From the NCBI GenBank assembly GCA_029717555.1, contig JAMDHS010000003.1:372001-436000 (forward strand): DNA of 64,000 bases, read 5' to 3'. How positions within the stretch are numbered: position 1 is the first letter of the stretch; the number at the start of each line of letters is the position of its first letter. The position numbers and the translations under genes were made by a program. The DNA is from Peribolospora baueri (taxonomy: Eukaryota). The notes below the pieces were generated by a model that was not told where the DNA came from, did not search any database, and was given only the letters and a program-made list of their open reading frames with translations. This document shows, piece by piece, positions 24,094 through 35,400 of this stretch.

Positions 24094-24125
24094 GGGGGTT
24101 CTTGCTGAAGGGGGTTCTTGCTGAA
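24094..24125. repeat. 16-bp perfect tandem duplication (GGGGGTTCTTGCTGAA x2) in the amidase/transporter divergent promoter
   Basis: Directly visible. Confidence 0.85.
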
Positions 24126-24554
24126 GCTGGCTCTCGCGCTTCTATGCTTCCATGCTTCATGTTTGATCAGATATGATTCCGCACGATTGACCGCGCCGGA
24201 CGCGATGAGCCGCCTTCATTCTCGATCGTGGCCATCGCATGCGACAGGACAGCCTCCTTGAAAAGCCTACCGCCGGGTAAGCCAACGGCGACGTCTCCAA
24301 CGCCGCGAAAATATCGTGGTCGTCGTCGTCGTCACCGACTATCGTGACTTTTTCTGCGTCATCGAAGTCGTCCCTGACGGCCCGTGCGGCCCGCGGAATA
24401 CGATCCCGGCTAAGAGCCCGCCGAAGTCGCCGGTCGCCGCAGCCGATCAGCGTCCTCTGAGCCGGTCCTACGCTTTCATTACAGCCATACATCTCCACGT
24501 CGCTCGTCTCTCTTGACGCCGACGCCAAGCGGGACGAGGGCGAAGGGAAGGACT

Positions 24555-27500
24555 ATGACTTGGCTCACCAATGCTCTCATGGTCATATGGGGTAAGAGGC
24601 CGGACACCAAGGCGGAGGCCAAGTTACTCTTCAAGATCGATTGGTGAGCTAGCGCTGCTTATCCTCTGCCTTTCGTCGACCCTTTGCGCGGCTGTCCGAC
24701 GGTGGGCGTTGCTACCTGGCGTGATCCATGACTGCAGTCCCCCTACGAACTGGTCGAGATAAGCGTGGGTCAGGAGGTGGGGGAGGGGGTCTGACTTGTT
24801 CTCGCTCTATTCCATGCTCCTCGGACTCGGCTTGCCCAGGTTCGTCCTGTCGTTTACTTGCTTGAGTGAGTTGATTAGCACACAGAACGATCATCAGATC
24901 TTCGGTTTCTCACCTATCTATGCCCTTCACCTGTATCCACATTTACTTTATGCTTTGACTGTTGCCAGACTATTGGTCCAACTATCTCAACCGGTCCAAC
25001 TTGGCAAACGCTTACGTGTGCATCCTCGACTCGGGTGACGCATAGGGCCAATGGTCTACCGCTGATGTCCTAAACCAAATTCTTCTCTCCCGCCGTAATT
25101 TATTCTCACTCCATTGGCAGGTATCGGGAATGAAGGAAGATCTGCACTTGTAAGCAGTTCTCTCATCTCCAGGGAGAGCAACAATCTTTGGCCTGCTCTG
25201 GCTGCGCTCACAGGCCTGTGTTTTCATCTTTCACGGTTACTCTTTTGCAGCCAAGGAAATCAGTACAATGTTCGTCAATCGTGGCTCATGTCCTTCCACG
25301 AAGTTCGGCTGAGTCGTATCCAGGCGTCCTCACTTAACACTTCTTTCTTTCCTTGCATCGACGACTACGATGGTTACAGGACGCGATCACGATTTTCACC
25401 ATCGGGTGCGTCCTAAAATGAAGCTGTTGCTATTCTCCAACTGACTTCTCCCTGACAAAGTTCTCTATACGCTTTTCATCCCGGCTCCTCATCTTGTCAC
25501 GTCCATTCCAGGTACATTATTGGTCTCGTCCCGAACAACCTGATGCTTCAAGTGGTCCCGTACGTAACCGCCCTCTAGCAGCCATATGTTTCGGCGTCCG
25601 GAGGAAACCATAGGGTTCCCCCTAACCAGCCCGCCTCATTCCTCCTTGTACGTTCCAGACCACGCATATGGCTACCCTTCACAGCCCTCCTTTGGGGGGT
25701 GCTCTCGGCTTGCATCTCTAAAAGTGGGTTTCTACCGTGATGAGCATGCGAAGCTATTCGTCATGAAATCCCGCTTCCTGTTCCTTTGGACGTGGGTCCG
25801 TTGACTTACCTGCCATGGTAATCTGACATGTGTCCTTGCCCGTCTTTTCTGTCAGTCCACACCGTTCCGCAACTCTTCGCGATCCGCTTTCTTCAAGCAT
25901 TGGCCGAGTCTTCCACTTTTTCGGGGAGCCAGTGAGCTGATAATTCGCAGCGCGGTCAACAAATTTGGAGCCTCACCGTGTCCCTTTTCGTGGCCGTTTG
26001 GTCCTCCTTCCTCCGTGGGTCGCCTATGTGCGGACAGCTACATCTTGGGAAGTTGGGTGAGCATGATCGCTTCTCACTACGCCTTAGTGTACAAGTGTCG
26101 CAGCTGCTCATATCTCTCCTCTCCCGTTGCCGCATTTCTGGAACTCCACAGTACAAAGATGACGAGCTTGGCAAGCGCTCAGGTATTTTCGCCTCATCGG
26201 CTCAGATGGGTACGTTCGTCTTCCTAGCTGCTTCTGGCGTCTCCTGTCTTAGCGCGACACGGCGCGACGGACTATTGAACAACTGCCAGTATTTCGGCCT
26301 GCCACCCTTCGTCGTTCCCAGGGTCGCTTTTCAGTGGGATCATGCAGGCTTCCATTCACCAGACGCTCAATGGTGCCCGAGGACTCGCGGGGTGGAGGTA
26401 AGCTGGCGACTTTGACCGGCCATGGCGCTCATCACGAGCAGGGGACGGTCGTTCGCTGAAAGGATGTTTTGTTTTGCTTACGGACAGATGGGTACGTCAT
26501 TCCTCTCGCCCAGAAACGCTTACGACGTACCGACTGACACTTTCTCATGACTTATAGCTTTTTATATTTGATGGAGTAATCGCCATCTTCATAGCGATAT
26601 ACGGGTGCGTGTGTTGTCTTCGCGCTCGGTAGCCGTTTCGGCCCCCTCCATCCTTGTAAAACTTCTCGTCGCTTCCTTTTGTCTCTCTTGGTAGATTCAT
26701 ATTTTTCCCTGACACGCCCGCTAAGACCCGGGCGGCGTATTTCAGCGAAGAGGTTAGCAGATCTCGTGTCGACTCGACACATATGGACCTTGTGCCGGAG
26801 TCGGACGGTACAATTGATCTTCTCATCTCGCCTTCTGTGCGCTGGCCAAAGGAGCGTCGATTGGCGGTCGAGCGACTGCCGCCAAGACCGCAAACTACCA
26901 TGTCCTGGTCCCTGATCAGAAGGACTCTTAAGAGTTGGCAATGGTGAGTCTCGTACCATCTTCACATATATTTACTTGAAAGCTTTCTCGCGGTCATAAC
27001 TCCTACTCGCTTCTTGTGCTCTGGGACGTCGTAGGTACGGTTTCTCGGCCCTCTTCGCGGTATCGAGCATGCTCGAAGCGATCGGTTTCATCGGTGCGTG
27101 ATGTTGATCACTCGAATACAGGGTTGACTGCCCCCCTCCCAGCTCCCTCGAAAGAAGAGTATTTCAGGTCAAAGCCTTGACTTGCCTTTCCACTCTATGC
27201 CACAGGCATCTTCCAACTCTGGCTAAGCGCAGAGAAAGCGAGTAGACGGAGACAGGGTCTCCCAAAGCTCGGAGGTTCGGCGACTTCTTCACGCGCCTGC
27301 TCACCGTGGATCGTTTTTTTCCGGCGTACTCTTCCACAGTATCCGGTTGCAAAGGTCAACTATTACGCCGACGGCCTGGTCGCCGTGGCCATCTTTGTCA
27401 CTTTAGTCTGCGTAAGTACACCAATTTGTCAAGCGGCTTCCTCCGCATTCGATATAGCCCCGCCGACGCTCACAAGTACACCTCTTTTCATTTTCCCGTG

Positions 27501-28321
27501 TCTGTAAAACGTCATCCATATATTTCATATATTTTCACTACGCTTAGGCGACTTTGACCGATTACACCCAGAAGCGATGGACGGTCAACATTTTTATGGC
27601 TGTCGCAATGCTGTTCTCGAGCATCACTCTGCTCGTGTACGATGGTGTGCCTCGATGGTTGAAGTTCGCCGCATACTGCGTCGCTGGTGAGCATATAGCT
27701 CGTCTAGTTGTTGTTTTGCGAAAGGGAACGACGTTTTGGACAGGGCCATTCATTCACACCGTCGCGCCTTCATGTCTACGCTCACGGTCAGGCTCCGGCT
27801 ACGCCGGTCAAGCGACCAATTTTGCCTGGGCAAACCAGTCCTGCTCAGACGACGACCAGGTCCGCGCCGTTGTACTCGCCAGCATGAACGTGTGGAGCAA
27901 TGTTCTGGCTGCTTGGTGGAGCAACGCGTGGTGTGAGTGATGCCACGGCTCGCAGGGGGTCTGCGTTCTCGAGCCGCTAAGCTCCCCTTTTCTATTTACT
28001 TCCTTCCCCCTTCTTGACATACTCTGACAATCAGACCCTGTCACGGACGCTCCTCGGTGGCGCAAAGGAATGATCGTCCTCATCGTCATGTCCGTGCTGA
28101 CAGTGCTGGTCTCACAGACGGTCCTCTACTTCGACCGGCGTCACCAACGTACTAAGGCTGCCTTCAGTACGAAAGTGGAGAGGCGGACGAATGGCACCGG
28201 TGAAGAGACGGAGGACGGAGTGGAAGGCGGAGGTGGTATTGACCGTGGCTTAGTACGAGGCGAGGATAACGAGACGCCTGCTCTGGAGGGAAAGGAGAAG
28301 AGTCCAATAGGGGAAGCTTAG
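24555..28321 (+). CDS. MFS transporter, allantoate/pantothenate (DAL5/FEN2/Liz1-like) family, about 22 exons
   Basis: Spliced reading is open throughout: KLLFKIDW|FVLSFTCL|NYWSNYLNRSNLANAY|VSGMKEDL; PRIWLP; IRFLQALAESSTFSGSH|YILGSW|YKDDELGKRSGIF; GLAGWR|W|LFIFDG; FFPDTP; FAWANQSC.DDDQVRAVVLASMN; PVTDAPRWRKG. Confidence 0.92.
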
Positions 28322-28621
28322 ATCTGCTAAGAGCGTATACGCTCCACCCAGTCACCTCTTCCGCCTTCGCTTTCTTTGTATGAACACATCCCCGCTACTT
28401 TTTTTCTCGCCTGCGTTTGGTCTTGCTCTTTCTCATTCGCCTTTTGGCTTGTGGATTGTCGAGCAGGATACTTATGGAACTTGGCCGTAAGCGAAGAGAT
28501 TGGACTGTGACACTGTCGGGTGCATGCAGCCATACGGTACAGGAAGTACTGTTTCTTCAGTAGCACTTTGTAGGTTCTTGTACGTACGGCGCCAGAATGA
28601 GAACCGGCATCCTCGTCGGGG

Positions 28622-31353
28622 TCACAATGCGTTCAACACCGCCTGGACGGCCTCTTCTCCCGCCCTCAAGCCGTCCCGGAAGTACTGCAAAGCTTAAACA
28701 CAAGGTGGAAATATCCGTCAGCGGCTTCTGACGTACGCGCCTTAGTCTAACAGCTTCAGGAGACACCTCACCTTCGCGTACCTTTCCTCCTCCCCTTCAA
28801 ACAGGAAGCCATCCGCCTTGAGAACAGTCAAGGAGTCGTGGATCCAACGATGAACGAAGCCGAGCTGGCGTGTGATTAGGAAAGAGGGGGAGGCGATCGG
28901 ACGATCTGAGATGAGCCTTTCACACAAACGGTTCACCTTCCTTCGTATGCCGTACTTAAACGTCACATAAACCACACACCTTGCTAAACCCGAACCGTGC
29001 AAAGCCCAGAGCTGTGTCAAACCCATCAGCGAAGCCGAGTTCGGTGACCATTGCCTCGCTCACTCCGTCGGTACTCCAGTCGTCGCGCCGCTCTTTCTCG
29101 CGAGCGAAACGGAGCTTTCTCTTGGGCACTCTACCGCTGCGATCCGTGCGGACCATCGGGCGCCTGAGTGACGATGACGAGCTCTTGCTCGTCTCGAATC
29201 TACGCGACGGCTTCGAAAAATCCTTGCCGTGAGCAGACGAAGGACGCTCCTTGCCTTTATAGTCTTGTTGAGCCGCACTGTACAAGTGCCCGAGAACACG
29301 GAGCTTGTGTTTCCCGCCCTGTAACAAGGCAGGCCTCCCTCGCGAAACGGCATACACGGTATCCGGCGAAGGAATGGCTTCGGTTTCGGAAGCAAGCTCA
29401 GCCAGTGAAGACGAATTTCCACCGACGAGTCTGGCAAGATTATGGTAGTGGAAGAAGGTAGAGCGGAGGACTTTGCCCACGGCCGCTTTGAAGCACCACC
29501 TGAACGGAATCAAAGACGATGGGGTGGTTCATAAGAGAGTCGAGGCGGTTAGCACGTCGTCCAGGTTTTGAAGCGAGCGAAACGTCTCACCCTTCGTCGC
29601 AGGTCGCTTTATGATACGACCAGAATGACCAAGCCGCTGCCAGTTCGTCAAAAAGCTCCATCTGAGTGGACATACGAGCCGGAATGTCAGCAGGTAAACG
29701 CTCTGCCAAGTTGGAAAACGCTAGACGATGGAAGGACGTATATTATTACCTCTGCTTTGCAGAATTCCTTCCTGGCCTTCTCCTGGTTGGAAACCTTGGC
29801 AAGGGAGCTTGGGCTAAGTGCGCACGACCATTCCTGACAAGTAGCATGGGAAGGCGTGGTGAGCATCGGTTATATGCAATGTCGAGGGGGCATGTGAAGC
29901 GATCAACAAAGCTCACCAAGATGGCAAAATCCCCTCTTGTACCTGTGGAGAGTTCCTCCAGAAACTTGGCCGAACTACCACCGCGACCAAGGTCCTGGGT
30001 GTGTTTTCTGGCCGATTCGGAAGTATCGCTCTCCGTATAGGTGAAGTAAGCGTGATAGTCCTACAAGTGCAAGAGGATGAGAGGAAACGTTTTAACGATG
30101 GAATGAGATTAAGAGACATAGGCTCTTGGAAGGCGCAGGAGGGGCACTGACCTCCACCACAAAGTCGGACCTGCCACTCAGGTAGGAGGGGAACGTTGAG
30201 TTGAAGCCATCACTGGTATAGAAGGGCAAGGTCGCCGCATACAAGCTCGCCTCACGCATCTTGGGCAGAGCGACATCGTAGTAATCGAGCAAGGCCGTTC
30301 GGTATCGAGGCTCGTTGATCAGCTGCAAAGGATTTTGGTATAAAAAGGCTTGGCGAGGTCATTGTTGTGTCACATCATGTTCACGGAGAAGAAATTGCAG
30401 AAACGCACCTCGATGCCAACGACATTGTTCACCTCGGCAAACCGCTTAACCAGCCATACCAAGGCGGCTGTCTGCTTCGCCTCTTCGGCAGGCCGATAGA
30501 AGTGCACTTGGCTACTGGAGACGCCACTGATAGGCCCGCCATTGGCAGATCCATAGGACCCATGCATGCTGCGTGGAGAGCAGTGTACACCATTCAGAGC
30601 AAAAACTAGATGTGTGCGACGACACGCACCGCGAAAGTACCTACTCGACCACAACCCCGATCCCGTACTTGACGGCGAACCCAATGGTACGAAGGATGCG
30701 CGGCCAAGCACCCTCGTAGACGCTCGCATACTGGGCAAACGGCGTCCCATCCGTCCAATTGCGTCCTGGGAGGTGCCAATAGCCAATGGGCAGGCGGACT
30801 TGGTTGATCCCGATCGAGGAAAGATAGGCAAAATCGCTCTCGTTGATCCAAGTGTCCCAGTGACGCTCCATCAACGGCTTGGACGCCTGAACTCCGTAGC
30901 CCTGAAGGATGTCATGTTCTGAGCTCGCTGGAGCGACAGCACACTTGAACAGGTCGGGTTCCATCCAAGCCTCCGCAACGAACCTGACCATAGTGCGATG
31001 AGAGGTGCGGGGAGGTGATCAAGCAATCAGTACTGGTCATCTTGGAATAAATCATTCTTCATCAGCTCGACTCACCACCCGCCAAGGTTGACCCCTCTCT
31101 GACGTCTGTACCGATACAGGGACGCCTTCTCCAGATCAAACGGCTCGAACGTCCAATTACTGCTGGCCACGTTCACTTCATAGGGGGGCACGTCGCACGA
31201 CGTGGAGGACAGCGGTCGTTCCAGGCCCGCTACCGGAGCAGGCGCGACAGCTTGGAGGGCGGGGCTCTCTGGCGCTGGTTTGACGGTCGCGAGGCCAATC
31301 GAGAGAGCAGAGGCGATGGAATTGAAAGACGACGTGCCGAAAGGGAGCTTCAT
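28622..31353 (-). CDS. Glycoside hydrolase family 5 (exo-1,3-beta-glucanase-like) with a C-terminal tail, multi-exon
   Basis: RQRGVNLGGW|FVAEAWM; ERHWDTWINESDF; GINQVRLPIGYW; VVD|MHGSYGSANG; GIE|LINEP (acid/base Glu); DYHAYF; EWSCAL (nucleophile Glu); WSFWSY; tail GFADGFDTA...SK|LGFVHRWI...YFRDGLRAGE. Confidence 0.9.
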
Positions 31354-32498
31354 TTCTTCAAGCAATGGCCCGGGCCGCCTGCAGTTCGGTCCTTTGGAAG
31401 GAGCGTACCCAGGAGAAGCGTTTATGCTTCTAGAGATGTGAAAGAGATAGGAGCTATTAAAGTGGCGAGAGATCAACTCTCGCGATGAGTGCGTCCTGCC
31501 AGAGCCAGCTCAGGCGATTGAGAATGTCAAGCTCTGCACGGAAGAGACACGGCCAGCGAAAGAAGAAAAATGAGTGAAGGAGCGTGAGCAAGCGAAACAA
31601 GCAAAGGGAACGATGGCAAGAGCGGGCGACGAGGTTTTTAGGCCCTTGGCCTAGGAGTGTTCAGCGGGCCCGGCTGGCTGAGGAGGCATGCCTCGTAAGC
31701 TCTTGGCGACAGCAAATTCTGGAGAAGGTGTAGAATATACAGAAACCAACATGCCGTTGCTGCCGAGCAAGATCAGGTCGACGCTGGAATGCACTGGGCT
31801 CATCCATCGGGCCATACATATCATAGTGGTGCTGGTCCCGTCCATCGCGCGACCGCGCTGTGCCTGATCGACGCGACCGCGACGGAACACGCCTTAGATA
31901 AGCGCCGCAGGGTTCACACGCAGCCAAAGCGGCTCACAAGAAATGTGCGAGACGAGGCAGGGAACAGCATGACATTGACGACGGAGAAAACGGGTAGAGA
32001 AGGTGGCAGGAAAAAACGGAACGACGGCGCGAGAGTGAGAGAGGAAAAGGGAGGAGAGAGTACCGGATGGCGTTGTTGGTGAACTACAGCGAACAAGTTG
32101 GAGTTGCAGGGTTCCGACGACAAACGACGAGGACAAACACGCACGAGCCGACGAGTGAATGGACGAGATAAGACGGAAGGAGATAAATGAGATAAAGGAA
32201 GAAGGAAAGGGCCAAAGGGAGGGCGACAATTTTGGAGAAGAAAGAAAGGGTGAGCGAGAAAAGAACGAGAAGCGGGGAAGAACGGACAAAAGACAGCAAG
32301 GGTATGTCTACGAATCGGAAGAGCAAGTCGGGGATGATACCGATGATGGTGAAGGAGTAGGGGTGAAGGGGGTGGTGGAGGGGAGAAAGACCATGGAGAC
32401 TATAGACAACGGTGAACGGAGCATGGCGAAGAAGATAAAATGCTGACGTGGACGACGGGGGGGTATCGTCGTTCAAATTGGAAAAGCGTACCCGGCGA

Positions 32499-35400
32499 CT
32501 AGATCGTGAGCTGGTTCCTGACGTGCTGTACCAGGCGCTCGATCTCGGCTGGTCCCCTCATCATCGTGTCCGCCAGACGCGGGTCGCGAAGCGCAATGAT
32601 GAGTGTTTGGAGCAGACCCCACGGGTGCGGGCGGACGGCGAGGATCCGTTCGAGAAGGACCCTAGTGAACTGCTCGTGGATGATGGGGTAGTCGGTCTCG
32701 CCGAAGAGGTAGAGCATAAGACAGCTGAAATAGTGCGTGTGCGCGTTAGGGTAGCGTAGCTGGTTCGTGATCGCGCTGAGGAAGAGATAACGACCTGTGA
32801 ATGAGATAGTAGTGTTAGTGCGTGAGCGATCAGGCCAAAGAAATGACGGCTTTATAAGCCAAGTCTAAACGAGTGAGGACTCACCCTCCGGATCGAGATC
32901 TACTAGCAACTGCTGCATAATGTCGACAGCCGAATCCTGGGCACTGAAGGGGATCAAGCCGTTCGAAGGGGTCGACGGCCGCGCGCGCTCAATCGCCGCG
33001 TTGCCGACGTACACCACCAAGGCGTTGATGAGGGGAATGTTGAATTTGGTCTCGCCTTTGGCGATGTCCGAGTCCCGCACCGACGGACTCAAAACCCTAT
33101 CCCTGAGCGTCGAGAGGAAGACCTGCGGGCCGCGATTCAGGAGGTACTGGTCGAGCGAAGCCTTGAACTCGGCAGGCTGGAGAGCGGAGACGTAGTCCGA
33201 TAGGATCGTGGGGGATTCGTTCATCTCCACAACGTACTCCGGCTTGAGCTGCGACAAGAAAGGGTCCGGGAGGCGGCGATCACGAGGAAATGCGCTGAGG
33301 ACGAGGTTGCGAAGCTGAATGCACGAGGTGGGCACTAGGTCGCAAAGGCTGTGGTGATAGGCCGAGAGGAACTCGGGGAAATCATGCAGGAGCACGAGTA
33401 AGATGCGAAGGGCACCCTTGTACAAGCTCCGTGAGGTTTCGCGCAGTTCGGCTGTGCGGAGGAAAGGCGCCAAGAACTTGAAGAGCGAAGACAGCGGGCG
33501 GTGGAAAGGCGCCCAACCCTCGCAATTATCAGCCAAGAGGAGCTTGGGCATGAACAGGCGGTGGGAGATGAGAGCCATCCAGGAGAAGGTGAAGCCTGGG
33601 AAGAAAGAAGGCTGGAGCGTGTTGAGGGTGTTGCTGATGGCGACGAGGCAGTGGAAGTAGGCTGAGTGGAGGTTGCCCTCGATGAGATGAAGGTCGTGAA
33701 GGAGGCTCGAGAAGAAGCGGAAGAAGGGCTTTTGCTGGAAGTTGGTTCCGAGCTCCTCGTGCGACTGGGCCAAGACCAAGACGACAATGGAGAGGATTTT
33801 GGTAAGGTAGTGCACCTTGGCCTGCTCATTGTTCACTCCGGTAGGGTCGGCGTGATACTTGATCATGAGGACCACCAACTTGGAGAAGGCGTCGATGGGC
33901 GAAAATATGCCAGTAGCGAGGGTGCCCCCGGTGGCCTTCTGCTTAATGTAGCTGTCCACGCCGACTTCGGTGCAAACGCGAAAGAAGAGCGAAGAAATTT
34001 CTTCTCCCTTGAGGATGCCCTGCTCTTGCAACTGTGTAACGAAGCTGATGAACGACTTCTCCGAAGACGGCGAGTGCTGGAACAGGCGGACCCATTCGGC
34101 AAAGCAGTAAGCCAGCTGCTCGCGCAATTCCGCATTCGCCTGAGCGTGCTTGTCAATGGGAGTGGCAGATAACTGAAGCTCGTCGAGGAGCTGGTCGGCC
34201 GCCTCGGTGCTCTTGCCGCGCTGCACAGCTCGAACGATAGCCTCAATAGAGTTGGCCAACTGGGCGCGGGTGGCGCACGCGGGCTCGCGGAGGCATTCAA
34301 GCGCCAGCTTCGCCGTGAAGTCGATCACGCTCGGGCGCATGTCGCGGGCGATGAACTTGGCGAGCTGAACGTCCTGCTCCACGATGTTGATCAAGCCAGC
34401 CCGAATGAGGGCGACGGTAACCTGTACGTTGAACTTGCGCTCGTCCTCGGCGTAGATAAGCCAAGCAGTCACCTCCTTGGCCACCTTGACCGAGACCTCG
34501 CAGAGGCGCTCGAGGAGAATGACGTACACCTCACGTGCCAACGCCGACTCGGACTTGTACAACAGCTGCACGACCTTCTGCGAGAACGCCAGGGCCGTTT
34601 CATCCCTACTCACGCTCTGGGCAGCGATAAGCGGCACTTGACGCAAGACAAGGCGAATGTCGTGATTCTCGGGAACAGCCATGAGTGTTGCTGTAGTCGA
34701 CTGTGACAGAAGCTTCTCCAGCTCGGCAATGTACTGGTGGAATTTTTCCAGACTCTGCTGAGCAGTCATTAACCCCGGCGTACCCGTCACCGACCCGTCC
34801 AAGCCAACCTCGCCGGGCACAGGCGACGAAGGCGTGAACGATCCAGTCAGATCGGCGCGGCCAGCAATCCCGGAGTAGCCAAAGGATGAAGGCGTTGCAC
34901 GCTGTTCAGCAACGGCAGCAGCGCCAGCTCCACCAGGAGGAGAAGCCTGACTGGGAAGCTTGCCAAAGTCCTCATAGACACGGAGCTGTTGGGAATGCAA
35001 GCCGTTGGGCTTAAGACGGAGCAGGTCGGGCAAGTTGGCGCCATAGTGCGAGGCCGAGAGTGCGGCACTATCCCAGTAGAAGCCGTTGGAGCGGCTGCGA
35101 TGTTCGCGGCGGCTGGCGTATGCATCTTGAAGACCGTGGTCGACCTCCGGTATAGCCTTCTCCATCGCCGCTTTCTCGATCACGGAGCACGCCAAGTCGA
35201 TATTGTCGCCCATGATGAACAAAAGTGCCTGTTCGGGTACGTTTTGCTGCGAGAGATGAAAGGAGAACCGCCAATTTCGACAGTCAGAAGCAGTAACATC
35301 TCACTGTAACAAGTGGGCAGGCGACTCACTTCAGTGAAACCGTTCTGAACGAGTAAAGACTTGACGTGGCTGAGCATGCTTATCCTCAGGGGCTCCTTGC

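Noticed and set aside
28956..29513. 185-aa ORF as a separate gene
   Set aside because: It splices in frame onto the GH5 catalytic domain and forms its C-terminal tail.
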